Assembly (NCBI GenBank): GCA_964535655.1
Contig: CAZHTP010000004.1
Location: forward strand, 11,108 to 75,107
DNA: 64,000 nt
Direction of reading: 5' to 3'
Source of the DNA: an uncultured Gammaproteobacteria bacterium
GTDB lineage: Bacteria; Patescibacteriota; Microgenomatia; JALYQM01
Shown here: positions 34,757-44,886 of the stretch, one piece after another
Layout: every line of letters starts with the position of its first letter
Position numbering within the stretch: the first letter of the stretch is position 1
Notes under the pieces: generated by a model
Told to the model about the DNA's origin: nothing
The model's database searches: none
The model's input: the letters and a program-made list of their open reading frames with translations, nothing else
Program-made: the position numbers and the translations under genes

Positions 34757-37534
34757 ATGTATATGGGATCCTTAACGCTAGGGATAGTTGTATTTACTGC
34801 TATTATAAATATTTTCCTTGGGCTATTAGTTTTACTAAAAAATCCTAGTAGCGCCACAAATAGATTAATTACTGCACTTGCAATTATTTTTTCTGCTTGG
34901 TCTGTTTTTAATTACTTTTCACTTAACTCCGTTACAGCTGATGCAACTTTATTTTGGATTAGGATGGTTATGGTTGCAACTGCTCCTTTAGGTCCAACCG
35001 TTGCTTTAGCTTTGAAGGCTTTTCCTTCTTCAGAGTTAGCAATTAATAAAAAGATATTATACGGTTTACTTATTTCTACTGTAATAGTATCAATATTAGC
35101 CTTAACTCCTTTTGTTTTTTCAGGAGTAACATTATCACCAACAATTAGCCCAACACCGAATTTTGGAATTTTATTTTATGTAGTGCTATTTATAGGCTCA
35201 CTTATTTATGGGATTGTTGTAACTGTTAAAAAATATAGAAAAGCGAAAGGGGTTAGCAAACTCCAATTTAAGTATTTGTTTATAGGTGTAATATTAACTT
35301 TTGCACTCCAAGTTCTTACTAATTTTATTGCAGTTGTTTTGTTTAACTTTTCGGGACTTGTGGCTTTAGGACCTTCGTTCTCTTTAATTTTTGTAGGGTT
35401 AATTTCATATGCAATAATAAAACATCGCTTGCTTGATATTCGATTAGCCTTAAGACGTGGTTTGGCACAATTATTAATTGCCTTTACAATTCTAGCTATT
35501 TTTATTGTAGCGGGGATTATGTACGCAAGCCTCAATGGCCTTAAATTTGATACAAATTTGTTATTTGTATTTATTTTTGTTGCATTTCTACTTTCTTTTA
35601 TTTATGACTCCGTGTCTTACTATTTAAGAAAAGCAACCGATAAGTATTTATTTACGAGTTTGTATACACCTTCAGAGCTTCTACGCGAACTAAGTATTGC
35701 CTTAAATTCAACGCTGGATTTTGAAGAAGTGTTAAAGAATGTTTATGGAATCATTAACAATAATCTTCATATTTCTAGTATTGCTTTTGCTGTTAAGCTT
35801 CAAGGTAGAAAAAACATTTCTAACCTGTTCCCACAATCTGATTTTGCAATATATGAATATGGAGATAAAAATAAAAAACTAATTATGGTAAGTATTTTAG
35901 CTGATTTTTTGAAAAATACAGAAGGGGCGGTAGTTTTCGAAGATCTCCAGCGTGATTTGGCTGAAATTGAGGAAGTAAGCAAGCGTAAAATTTATGAGTG
36001 GATGACTGAAAATGAAGTTGGTATTGTACTTCCATTAAAAGTTAAAAATGAAGTAATTGGTGCAGTTATGTTAGGGGAGAAGCTTTCAGGAGATGCCTTT
36101 ACTTCTGAAGATGTAGATGTTTTAGAAACCTTTGCGTTACAAGCTTCAATTGGTATTGAAAATATACTTCTGTTCATGCATTCAAGAGATTTTGGTGAGC
36201 GGTTGAAGATTGAAGTTGAGAAAGCGACGGCAGAACTGAAACAAAAGAATAAAAACCTTGAGATTTTGCGTCATATGGAGAATATTATCACCACGACTTT
36301 AGACTTAAAGGAGATGTGCCAAAAGATTGTAGATACTATTTCTTGGGAGCTTGGCTATGAGGGAGCCTTGATCAGCTTAGTTGATCCTAAACGCAATGTG
36401 TTGGTGCCGACTGCTGTTTCCCAAACTCCGACAATTAAGAAAGCTTTGGCTATTTTACCTGCCCATATGGAAGATATTGTTATGCCATTAACGGAGAAAA
36501 AAAGTATGGCGGTACAAGCTCTCGATTTACGTACTAAAATTACCACAATATCACTTGCAGATGCTTTTGCACCGGGCTTGCCTCGACCAGTATCCGATGC
36601 TATTCAGAAGTTAGTGGGTATGAAGGGCATGATTACATATCCACTTTATTCTAAAGATAAGCCGTTGGGAGTTCTTGCTCTTGCAATGCATGTGTCTCCG
36701 CGCGATGTTCCTTTCTCAGAAATGAACGTTCTTGATGCTTTCATGGATGAGGTGGGAATAGCACTAGAGAATTCGTATCTGTATGAAGAAGCTAAGACTG
36801 CAAATGATGCGCTTGAAGTAAGTAACCAGAAGTTGATAGAGCTGGATAAGATGAAAGATGAGTTTGTGTCGGTGGCTTCGCATGAACTGCGTACTCCGAT
36901 GACGGCAATCAATGGCTATGTGTGGATGCTTCTTAATGGCAAGGGAGGGGAGCTTCAAGAAAAGCAGAGATATTATTTGCAACGTGTTGCGCAGTCTACA
37001 CAGCGGCTTATCAATCTTGTGAATGATATGTTAACTATCTCTCGTATTGAAGGTGGCCGTACAAAAATTGAAAATAAAAACTTTGAACTGGTTGATTTGC
37101 TTAAAGCCGTGAATGAAGAATTACAGATTAAGGCTGATGAAAAGGGAATTAAGTTAGGTTTGCAGACTGAAGATGTGGTGCATGTGTTTGCCGATCAAGA
37201 TAAAGTGCATGAAGTATTGATTAATTTGATCGGTAACTCTTTGAAGTTTACTGAACAAGGTTCGATCACGACCACAGTTCTTGATAAAGGCGATTATGTT
37301 GCTGTTTCTGTCAATGATACTGGCAAGGGGATAGCAGCGGAAGATATGCCAAAACTGTTTACCAAATTTGGACGATTGGATAACCAATATGCTACGGTTG
37401 CACAGACTGCTGGCACAGGATTAGGTTTATATATTTGCAAAAAATACATTGACGGTATGGGCGGGACTGTGTCTGTTACCTCGACAGTGGGTAAGGGCAG
37501 TACATTTACGTTTACTCTTAAGAAAGCTTTGTAG
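34757..37534 (+). CDS. Sensor histidine kinase: about 8 TM N-terminal domain + GAF-like + HisKA + HATPase_c
   Basis: The multi-TM N-terminus spans about 300 aa. H-box VASHELRTPM. N/G boxes LIGNSLKFT, GTGLGLYICKKY. Confidence 0.8.
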   Translation: MYMGSLTLGIVVFTAIINIFLGLLVLLKNPSSATNRLITALAIIFSAWSVFNYFSLNSVTADATLFWIRMVMVATAPLGPTVALALKAFPSSELAINKKILYGLLISTVIVSILALTPFVFSGVTLSPTISPTPNFGILFYVVLFIGSLIYGIVVTVKKYRKAKGVSKLQFKYLFIGVILTFALQVLTNFIAVVLFNFSGLVALGPSFSLIFVGLISYAIIKHRLLDIRLALRRGLAQLLIAFTILAIFIVAGIMYASLNGLKFDTNLLFVFIFVAFLLSFIYDSVSYYLRKATDKYLFTSLYTPSELLRELSIALNSTLDFEEVLKNVYGIINNNLHISSIAFAVKLQGRKNISNLFPQSDFAIYEYGDKNKKLIMVSILADFLKNTEGAVVFEDLQRDLAEIEEVSKRKIYEWMTENEVGIVLPLKVKNEVIGAVMLGEKLSGDAFTSEDVDVLETFALQASIGIENILLFMHSRDFGERLKIEVEKATAELKQKNKNLEILRHMENIITTTLDLKEMCQKIVDTISWELGYEGALISLVDPKRNVLVPTAVSQTPTIKKALAILPAHMEDIVMPLTEKKSMAVQALDLRTKITTISLADAFAPGLPRPVSDAIQKLVGMKGMITYPLYSKDKPLGVLALAMHVSPRDVPFSEMNVLDAFMDEVGIALENSYLYEEAKTANDALEVSNQKLIELDKMKDEFVSVASHELRTPMTAINGYVWMLLNGKGGELQEKQRYYLQRVAQSTQRLINLVNDMLTISRIEGGRTKIENKNFELVDLLKAVNEELQIKADEKGIKLGLQTEDVVHVFADQDKVHEVLINLIGNSLKFTEQGSITTTVLDKGDYVAVSVNDTGKGIAAEDMPKLFTKFGRLDNQYATVAQTAGTGLGLYICKKYIDGMGGTVSVTSTVGKGSTFTFTLKKAL

Positions 37535-37550
37535 TTACCGTAACTGAATT

Positions 37551-39356
37551 TTATCCTTGCAGCACTTGATTTATAACCGGTGGTATTTGATCCGGTGTGA
37601 CATCGGACTTCATAATTAAGGATTTTGCTCCAAGCTGGATGCATTTATTAAGTACCTCTTCGGCGGCGAGGTTGGTGAGGAGGACGACCGGGATAGCAAA
37701 GTTTTTAGAGTGATCCTTTTTCTTTTGCAGAAATTCTACTCCGTCCATTTTGGGCATCATAATGTCTAAAAGCACAAGATCGTAATGATCCATTTCCATT
37801 TTAAGCAGGCCTTCTTGTCCGTTGGTGGCAATGGTAACGTTGTACATATCTGATAAATACTCTCCATACAAATCTTGCATATCTGCATCGTCTTCGATAA
37901 GCAATATATTTTTCTTGGTGTTTGCTTGCGGTTTGAGTGGTATTTCATTTCGTTTACCAATAGCGCGGAGATAGTCTTCGCGAGTGATAATTCCTTCATG
38001 AACAAAATTGGGAGCAACTGCCGGTTTGCGCGGTGCTACCAAGCTTGGTGTGATGGGTAGGGAGATATAAAATGTGGAACCTTTGCCGTGTTCGGAATCC
38101 ACCCAAATTTTTCCTTGCATAATTTCGGTCATCGATTTTGTAATGTATAATCCAAGCCCGGTGCCACCGGTTTCTGGATTAGAAGCGGTAAGAGAAGTAT
38201 CTTCACGGTGAAATTTTTTGAAGAGTTGGGGAAGAAAATCTGGGGCAATACCTCGACCGGTATCTTTGATCTCGAACTGGATATTTTCATCTTTTTTAAT
38301 AATGTGGATGGTAACACCACCTTTATCTGTGAACTTAACGGCATTGCTCACGAGATTCATCAAAATTTCTTTTAAGCGCATATTGTCTACTTGAATAGTA
38401 GGTGGTAAATCGTCGCTTTTTGTTACGGTTAAGGTAATTTTCTTGTTTTGAGCCTTAGCTGTTAAGTCTTTTACTATTTCATCAATAACATCAAGGTAAT
38501 TTATTGCTTGTGGGTTCAGCTCAATGCTTCCGCTTTCTATTTTAGAGACGTCGAGAATGTCATTGATGAGGTGGATAAGGTTTTGTATTCCAGTAAACGA
38601 ATTTTGTAACCTTTCTTTGTCTTTGTCAGAAAGGACTGTCCCTGCTGCCGGTTTAGATAAAATCATCCATAAGTAGTTTTGGACAACTGTTGCCGGAGTG
38701 CGCAATTCATGGGAGGTTACCGCAATAAGTTGGTCCTTCATTTTATCTAACTGATGAAGCTGAGCGTTGGTTTTGTATAACTCTTGTGTGATGGTAGTGA
38801 TTGAGTTTTGCGAATCTTGTAATCTAAACGCTGAGGCAATTAAATTGGAAAGCATTTGCGTGATTTGTAGTTGCATTTGATTTAGTTCAATAGGCGGCTT
38901 GTCTACACCATAAATGACTATACCGCGTAACACTTTAGCGATGTATATCGGTGCAATGAGAATGGCTTGAATTTCCTGTTTATTTTCTATCACTGAAGGG
39001 ATAATAGTATCTTTATCTTGAATTATTGCGATTTTACGATTTTTTAAATCTGTTTTAATGCGGTTTTCCGTGTTTAAAATAGTGTTAGTTTTTTCGTAAA
39101 GTTCTTTTGCTTCACTATTTGCTTGCATATCTGACTGTTCAAATTCCCCAGTCTGCGCGTTTTTAGTATAGATGAGGGCAATTTGTTTTTCGTCATCAAT
39201 GAACAGTGCGCTTAAATATTTGGTGTTAAGATCGATTAATTGTAGTTTAACAGGTACTTGATTAAGTGCTTTGACTACCAGTAGCTCCGTGTCGTCAGTA
39301 TCCAGCATCGACTGCTGGGTTTCAGCGATAAATGATAGGTTGATCTTATCTGTCAT
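37551..39356 (-). CDS. Cytoplasmic hybrid sensor histidine kinase (GAF-like sensor + HisKA + HATPase_c + C-terminal REC)
   Basis: H-box VTSHELRTPA. G-box GGTGLGLYITK. C-terminal receiver ILLIEDDADMQD..LVLLDIMMPKMDG. No TM segment. Confidence 0.8.
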   Translation of the reverse strand: MTDKINLSFIAETQQSMLDTDDTELLVVKALNQVPVKLQLIDLNTKYLSALFIDDEKQIALIYTKNAQTGEFEQSDMQANSEAKELYEKTNTILNTENRIKTDLKNRKIAIIQDKDTIIPSVIENKQEIQAILIAPIYIAKVLRGIVIYGVDKPPIELNQMQLQITQMLSNLIASAFRLQDSQNSITTITQELYKTNAQLHQLDKMKDQLIAVTSHELRTPATVVQNYLWMILSKPAAGTVLSDKDKERLQNSFTGIQNLIHLINDILDVSKIESGSIELNPQAINYLDVIDEIVKDLTAKAQNKKITLTVTKSDDLPPTIQVDNMRLKEILMNLVSNAVKFTDKGGVTIHIIKKDENIQFEIKDTGRGIAPDFLPQLFKKFHREDTSLTASNPETGGTGLGLYITKSMTEIMQGKIWVDSEHGKGSTFYISLPITPSLVAPRKPAVAPNFVHEGIITREDYLRAIGKRNEIPLKPQANTKKNILLIEDDADMQDLYGEYLSDMYNVTIATNGQEGLLKMEMDHYDLVLLDIMMPKMDGVEFLQKKKDHSKNFAIPVVLLTNLAAEEVLNKCIQLGAKSLIMKSDVTPDQIPPVINQVLQG

Positions 39357-39361
39357 GTGAT

Positions 39362-39649
39362 TTAATTCTTTAATATATCCGGCAAATCTTGCGGTTCAAT
39401 TTTGCCTTGTAATGGTTCAATTGCTTCTTTACAGATTTGGACTGAGGCTTGACCGAACAGTTTGGAATATCTTTCTACCAGGCCTTGAATGATTGTTTTT
39501 CCGTCACCTTCGAGTTTAATGTCATTAATATCCTGAATGTGTAGCCCCGGCACCTTGTTTGCTTGTGTGATAGCAATAGGACCAATAATATATTGTTGCT
39601 CTTTAATTATGTATGCTGCAATTTGATTATACAAATCTATGTTATTCAT
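39362..39649 (-). CDS. Hypothetical small protein
   Basis: ORF only. The stop is 6 nt upstream of the hybrid HK start. Confidence 0.3.
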   Translation of the reverse strand: MNNIDLYNQIAAYIIKEQQYIIGPIAITQANKVPGLHIQDINDIKLEGDGKTIIQGLVERYSKLFGQASVQICKEAIEPLQGKIEPQDLPDILKN

Positions 39650-40439
39650 ATTCTCTAAATGAAAGTAATCCTAAAGACATAATTAGAAATGAAGTTGTAT
39701 ATAACATATCTACAACTCCACCGTTGTAATAGGTACCGTTTGCTGTCATGTATAAAAAAGTATAATCTGTAAAATATTGAAAACCTAAGGCAAAAATTAA
39801 GTAAAGGATTCTGCTACGCATATGTCCGCCTAGTACTCCAGTTGATAATCCTAGCGTGATTAAAGCAATAGAAATGGTGATAGCTTCACCAAAAGGATAT
39901 CCAAAATCTAGAAAAGTTCTTATTGGATCGGATATATCGAAGGCTAAATTCTTCAAAAATAGAAAATAGGAGATAGCTACCATGAGTATTGGGATGATAA
40001 CTACGAGCGCTTTACCTTTTATAGTCTTGAGATTATATTTTGCGTTAGAAGCTTTTGCTAAATAAAGTATTCCAATAGCATATAGTGGGATTATCGAAAA
40101 GTATCCTATGTCTGCAATGGATGGATACGGCACTTCGATTTTTGCAATTATATTATAGTATGACCAGACTCCTTGGCCGAAAAACTCTCCTAAAAGTCCG
40201 CAAGAAAAGAATAAAATTCCTCTTCCCATTGCACTTCTATATGTTCCCCATACACGCGAAACTAGAATCCCACTAATTCCTCCAATAAGCGCGATTGCTG
40301 AGTAGAGAAAACCAAAAAGATATACTTCGCTTGTTCCTTTTATATCTAGGATGTTTAATCGTAACCACCACAATAAAAGGAGACAATAGAAAGTTACAAG
40401 AAAATAAGTGGTTTTACTTCTAATAATCGTAGAGAACAT
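39642..40439 (-). CDS. Polytopic membrane protein (about 8 TM), hypothetical
   Basis: Hydrophobicity pattern. Overlaps the downstream small ORF by 8 nt. Confidence 0.4.
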   Translation of the reverse strand: MFSTIIRSKTTYFLVTFYCLLLLWWLRLNILDIKGTSEVYLFGFLYSAIALIGGISGILVSRVWGTYRSAMGRGILFFSCGLLGEFFGQGVWSYYNIIAKIEVPYPSIADIGYFSIIPLYAIGILYLAKASNAKYNLKTIKGKALVVIIPILMVAISYFLFLKNLAFDISDPIRTFLDFGYPFGEAITISIALITLGLSTGVLGGHMRSRILYLIFALGFQYFTDYTFLYMTANGTYYNGGVVDMLYTTSFLIMSLGLLSFREYE

Positions 40440-40491
40440 CTACATTTAATGAAATACTTAATCACTGAATTTGTCAATGAGTGTGAAACTT

Positions 40492-41316
40492 TTATTCAAT
40501 GTCAGCATAAAAATGCGCAAATCCTTCGCCCATTTTATACTTTATTCTAACAGTTAAGCTGTCACCTCTGTTTGCTTTACTGTTTTTAATTGGGATAATA
40601 ATAGGCATGTTCATGTCAGGAGTACCCCACATTCTTTGCTTTTTTGTAAGAGCGACGCGAGTCCTCATACGTATGGCATTACAATGTCCTGAAACTTTAA
40701 TTGGTATTTCTACGGCAGTATCTACTGTGGTATCGATGTACTTTCTAAAGTCAATTTCCTGATATAGAATGCTATCGGACAATACTTTAATAATTTTGTC
40801 ATTTGCTCCGTAATTTCGCGCTTGAATAATGCAAGGCATTTCAAATCCGTAAAAATTAAAATCATAATCTATCGCTTCCACATAACATTCAGCTTTATAG
40901 GGTATTAAAATAGTATGTTCGTCGATTGTTTTATTCTTTCTTAAATTATTTAAAGCCACTGCTTGTTGTTCGGAGACTAATCCTGTGTCAAGCATTTCCA
41001 TGATTAAGACATTAACCTTTACCGGCTCATTGAATTTCTTTAGATCCTGGCACAAAACAGTTATCTTGTTTTTGTAGGGGCTTGCAGCAATATTTTTTTT
41101 TGCTTGCATGATGGTATCTTCCGCTATATCCACTGAGTAAACTTTTTTTGCTCCGGCACGAGCAGCCAATAAGCCCAAGATACCCGTACCTGTGCCTGCG
41201 TCCATGACTACGTGATGGTCTTGAATTGTTGCGTTTATCGCTTTTTCAAAAGCCTCAGTTCTTTTGACATCCAATAAACATTCGTTTATTACTTGTAAAT
41301 TATTGAAGATATCCAT
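40492..41316 (-). CDS. Class I SAM-dependent methyltransferase, protein arginine N-methyltransferase (PRMT)-like
   Basis: Motif I VVMDAGTGTGILGLLAARAGAKKVYSVDIA. PRMT-like double-E loop region VNVLIMEMLDTGLVSEQQ. Confidence 0.65.
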   Translation of the reverse strand: MDIFNNLQVINECLLDVKRTEAFEKAINATIQDHHVVMDAGTGTGILGLLAARAGAKKVYSVDIAEDTIMQAKKNIAASPYKNKITVLCQDLKKFNEPVKVNVLIMEMLDTGLVSEQQAVALNNLRKNKTIDEHTILIPYKAECYVEAIDYDFNFYGFEMPCIIQARNYGANDKIIKVLSDSILYQEIDFRKYIDTTVDTAVEIPIKVSGHCNAIRMRTRVALTKKQRMWGTPDMNMPIIIPIKNSKANRGDSLTVRIKYKMGEGFAHFYADIE

Positions 41317-41323
41317 AAATTTG

Positions 41324-41851
41324 TTACGTCCATCCTTCGGACTGATATACAGCTAATGCTAATGCACAACTTGGGTATTGATTAACTTGAGTATGAGCGA
41401 TCTTACTATGAACATTATTTTTGTCGAAAGGAATGTTTCTGAAATCACATAGATCGTTTAAAGAGTTACTAATTTTTAGCTCTAAGTTACGGATTACTTC
41501 CTCGAGATTTGTTCCTCGTTCGTCGTGTTCAACAAATAATCCACGGTTATCCTGATACTGATACCATCCAATTCCTGCTGCAATTATTTCTTTCGGCTGA
41601 ATACTTCGTATTTCGGCTTTTACGCAATACAGTTTGTGCCCATATTCATTTTCATTCAAATTAAGAATTGGCATTTTTACAACTTTTGAATCAGGAGGGA
41701 TAATAGAGGAAAGAGGTATAAGATTGTAATTACATACACCTGTCGCTTTAAGTGCTGCATCAAATGCAGATAATTCTGTTTTACCAAAACCGGAACCAGA
41801 TACTACATAAATAGTGAGTCCTGTAACAAAATTTTCAGTCATTTCGTTCAT
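41324..41851 (-). CDS. pdaD: Pyruvoyl-dependent arginine decarboxylase
   Basis: IYVVSGSGFGKTELSAFDAALKATGVCNYNLIPLSSIIPP aligns closely with archaeal PdaD, including the SS self-cleavage site. Confidence 0.85.
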   Translation of the reverse strand: MNEMTENFVTGLTIYVVSGSGFGKTELSAFDAALKATGVCNYNLIPLSSIIPPDSKVVKMPILNLNENEYGHKLYCVKAEIRSIQPKEIIAAGIGWYQYQDNRGLFVEHDERGTNLEEVIRNLELKISNSLNDLCDFRNIPFDKNNVHSKIAHTQVNQYPSCALALAVYQSEGWT

Positions 41852-41940
41852 TTTATTGTTGTTTAGTATTTTGTATTATTCTATCAAGATTATATTTTTT
41901 AGTATAGCCAGAAGTCCTTCTAGTTGTTTTTGCCTTTTAT

Positions 41941-41969
41941 TTGACAAAAAAGGACGCCTCTAGTAATAT
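41941..41969 (+). promoter_or_regulatory. Promoter TTGACA-17-TAATAT with GGAG SD and GTG start downstream
   Basis: -35 at 41941-41946, -10 at 41964-41969, GGAG at 41971-41974, GTG at 41980. Confidence 0.45.
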
Positions 41970-41979
41970 TGGAGAATCT

Positions 41980-43026
41980 GTGGAGCCAAATGTAAGCTTT
42001 TCTGAACTTTTTAATAAGTTTAGACATAAAGCTAACTTTCATACTTATTCTCAATTTGGTCAGGCACTAGCTGCCGAAGGTTTTGTATTTGAAGACAGTA
42101 TCTTTTCAAAATGGAAACAAGGAAAGCGATTTCCTCACGATCGTAGAGTCATTTTGGCGATTATTAAAGTGCTAGTAAGAGGCAAAGGGATAACACATTT
42201 GGATGATGCGAATGCTATGCTTGCTTCTGTAGAACAAAGAGATTTATCTCATACTGAAAAACAGCAGATCCTTGAAGGTTTAGTTTCAGAAAATCAAGTT
42301 TATTCTTATTACACACCCACTGTTCGACCTTCGCTAATTCTTCAAAATATTGAAGTTAACGCACATAGTACTTATGTTTTAAATCTACAGGACATTACTT
42401 ATCCTAAGATTCGTAATTATTGGCAATATCAAACTCTCTGTGCAGTCTCCGAAAACTATACTGCTCTTTGTGAAAAAGCTATTTCTTCAGAAGAGGCGTT
42501 TAAAATGCAAGTTGAAGATGATTATGACAAAATTGGATATGGAACTACTCTTGTTGTAGTAGTAATCGATAAAAACGTTGGTAGAGAATATTTAGCTGCA
42601 ACAGGGCGATTCACTAAGGGTAAAAACTTACATTCTGTAACCCTGGATCTAATGAATTTTCTCAACGTAAAAGGAAAGTGGCCTCATGAAGAAAAAAATT
42701 GTCCTCCAGAACTTACGGCTGAATTTGATCGAATTTATATAGCGAATTGGGCTTGGTCATGGAGGAAGCAACTTTTTAGACAACTTCTTGATTCTGTTGC
42801 CGAGCTGGTAAAATGGAATAATACAAAATTTTTGTATAGTATAACTGCTCCTTCATTGCATGTTCTATATCAAGAAAATGAAATTCAATTTGAAAAAATT
42901 CAGGATGTATATTTTTTGGGGAATCTTCCTGAAGCAGCTGTACTTTTTCCTTCAGCTTACTTTGAAGCAACCCATTTTAAAGAATGGTGGAATGCGTATA
43001 CTGGATTATATAGATTAATGTTGTGA
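41980..43026 (+). CDS. XRE-type HTH transcriptional regulator with about 250-aa C-terminal domain of unknown function
   Basis: N-terminal FSELFNKFRHKANFHTYSQFGQALAAEGFVFEDSIFSKWKQGKRFP is an XRE HTH. The track's TTG at 41941 coincides with the -35 box, so the GTG at 41980 is preferred. Confidence 0.5.
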   Translation: MEPNVSFSELFNKFRHKANFHTYSQFGQALAAEGFVFEDSIFSKWKQGKRFPHDRRVILAIIKVLVRGKGITHLDDANAMLASVEQRDLSHTEKQQILEGLVSENQVYSYYTPTVRPSLILQNIEVNAHSTYVLNLQDITYPKIRNYWQYQTLCAVSENYTALCEKAISSEEAFKMQVEDDYDKIGYGTTLVVVVIDKNVGREYLAATGRFTKGKNLHSVTLDLMNFLNVKGKWPHEEKNCPPELTAEFDRIYIANWAWSWRKQLFRQLLDSVAELVKWNNTKFLYSITAPSLHVLYQENEIQFEKIQDVYFLGNLPEAAVLFPSAYFEATHFKEWWNAYTGLYRLML

Positions 43027-43034
43027 GATTCTTT

Positions 43035-43400
43035 ATGTTAGCTAATTGGACCTATTCTCTAGTTGTTCTTATACTCACTACTTTATCAGGTTTTGCTGAT
43101 GGTTATGGTTTTAGTAACGCTTCTAAGTTGTGGAATCCAACATTTAGTTGGTTGACTTTTTTTCATTCTGCGATTGGGTTTTTCGTAGGTATTTTGTTAT
43201 TTTGGTGTTCTGTAAGGTATATGAATCTGCTCGGAATAACTTCAGCAGAAGTCCAATCTTTACTGTGGTTTGCTTCTACAATTGTCAGTGTTGCGATCTT
43301 TACCGGGTCATTTTTTAATTGGACGGTAGCGGATAAAATTATTGCTCTGGTTGTGGTTTGTGGTATAAGTTTATTGATTGTCAGAGTGGGTGCTCTCTAG
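43035..43400 (+). CDS. Small 4-TM membrane protein (tandem paralog 1)
   Basis: GFADGYGFSNASKLWNP loop between TM1 and TM2. Paralogous to the next gene. Confidence 0.45.
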   Translation: MLANWTYSLVVLILTTLSGFADGYGFSNASKLWNPTFSWLTFFHSAIGFFVGILLFWCSVRYMNLLGITSAEVQSLLWFASTIVSVAIFTGSFFNWTVADKIIALVVVCGISLLIVRVGAL

Positions 43401-43420
43401 AAAAATTTAAGATTAAAACT

Positions 43421-43807
43421 ATGTCTGTTGTCATTTATGTTATTGCCGGCCTTTTTTTTGCAGCGGCTACGGGTATTGCTGATGGTAATGCTGTCTATCG
43501 ATCTAGCCTAGGGTGGAGTAGAAATCCAAATAGTTGGCTACCTGTTATTCATATGAATCAATTATTAGCATCCGCGGGATATTTTTTCGTTGGTGTCCTT
43601 CTTTATCATTTATATGTTGGAGTGATGATTCAGGCAAATGTGCGTTCTCCACTTTTACAAAATCTTATATGGGTTACGATCATGTCTATTGTGGTTGCGT
43701 ATAAGGATCAGGTTTTATTTAGCTGGACTTTATTCGAAAAAGGCTTTGCTGTTGTAATATTTATTCAACTCATACTCTTACTTTATTTTACCGGTAAACA
43801 TGGGTAA
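43421..43807 (+). CDS. Small 4-TM membrane protein (tandem paralog 2)
   Basis: GIADGNAVYRSSLGWSRNPNSW loop. Same topology as 43035..43400. Confidence 0.45.
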   Translation: MSVVIYVIAGLFFAAATGIADGNAVYRSSLGWSRNPNSWLPVIHMNQLLASAGYFFVGVLLYHLYVGVMIQANVRSPLLQNLIWVTIMSIVVAYKDQVLFSWTLFEKGFAVVIFIQLILLLYFTGKHG

Positions 43808-43813
43808 TTCTGC

Positions 43814-44320
43814 CTAAAAGGTTTTGAAGTAGATGATATTATCCTCTCTTTGCTTTCTGCCAATTGGGTGGGGGTAATAGTCTGGTAGTACTCCGAGTGG
43901 TTTAAACCCGCATTTTTCGTAAAAAGTTTTTACGCTAGTATTATGATGTTCATTAGAAGTTTCCAAGTAGATATGTTTGCCGCCATGTTCTTTTATTTTT
44001 TCGCAAGCAAAGTTTAGAAGTAATTTCCCATAACCTTTTTTTTGATGAAGTTTTGAAACGAGAAGCCAATTAATCTTGTAATAATTTTCAGTAAGTTCAA
44101 TGTATGAGTACATAATCATACCTATCGGAGTCTCATCATTAAGTAAAACTATAATTTGTTGTTGTTTGTGAGTAGAGTGAAGTTTGAGTAAGTAACCTAA
44201 TAGCTCGTTGCGATAAACCTCGTAGTCTTTTTTAGAGAAAATATCGGGAAATTGCTTGATAAGATCTTCGATCTCTGTAAGGTATTTATCGGAAAATAAT
44301 GTTACATGAATTGCAGACAT
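43814..44320 (-). CDS. GNAT family N-acetyltransferase
   Basis: HQKKGYGKLLLNFACEKIKEHGGKHIYLETS is GNAT motif A (Q/RxxGxG/A). Confidence 0.75.
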   Translation of the reverse strand: MSAIHVTLFSDKYLTEIEDLIKQFPDIFSKKDYEVYRNELLGYLLKLHSTHKQQQIIVLLNDETPIGMIMYSYIELTENYYKINWLLVSKLHQKKGYGKLLLNFACEKIKEHGGKHIYLETSNEHHNTSVKTFYEKCGFKPLGVLPDYYPHPIGRKQREDNIIYFKTF

Positions 44321-44404
44321 AGTGTAATTGTAGCAAAAATGTGTCTTTTCACAATTGTAATGTAAATGTTGTTATTTTAGCCCATCCTTCGTATCATATA
44401 CTCT

Positions 44405-44857
44405 ATGAAAAAGTCTTTTCTAATTTTACCCTTATTATTAACAACGATCGTTTTCTCGGGATGTGTTCGAGAAGCGGCATATGATTCTAAAAAATCTGAA
44501 GGAGGGAAAGTGAGCGGTTATTCAGCAGATGGTTCTTCGAGTTTACAAAAAGAAGATTTAGTTTTTGGTACGGGGGCGGAGGCAATTCCTGGAAAGACAG
44601 TGAGTGTTCACTATGTTGGCACCTTAACCAATGGTACCAAGTTTGATAGTTTGCGCGATCGTAATGAGCCTTTTGAATTCACACTTGGTGCTGGCCAAGT
44701 GATCAGAGGTTGGGATGACGGTGTTGCTGGAATGAAAGTTGGTGGAAAGCGCAAACTAACTATTCCACCTGAATTGGGTTATGGAGCGCGAGATATGGGT
44801 GTTATTCCTCCAAATTCTACACTGGTTTTTGAAGTAGAGCTTTTGGATGTTAAGTAA
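44405..44857 (+). CDS. FKBP-type peptidyl-prolyl cis-trans isomerase, lipoprotein
   Basis: Lipobox [65 protein letters not shown] is a canonical FKBP domain. Confidence 0.85.
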   Translation: MKKSFLILPLLLTTIVFSGCVREAAYDSKKSEGGKVSGYSADGSSSLQKEDLVFGTGAEAIPGKTVSVHYVGTLTNGTKFDSLRDRNEPFEFTLGAGQVIRGWDDGVAGMKVGGKRKLTIPPELGYGARDMGVIPPNSTLVFEVELLDVK

Positions 44858-44886
44858 TCTCTTCAATTTTTTGCTATACTTGTCCC

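Noticed and set aside
37535-37550. GTTAC-c-GTAAC mini-hairpin between the convergent kinases as a bidirectional terminator
   Set aside because: 5-bp stem, no U/A tracts. Too weak.
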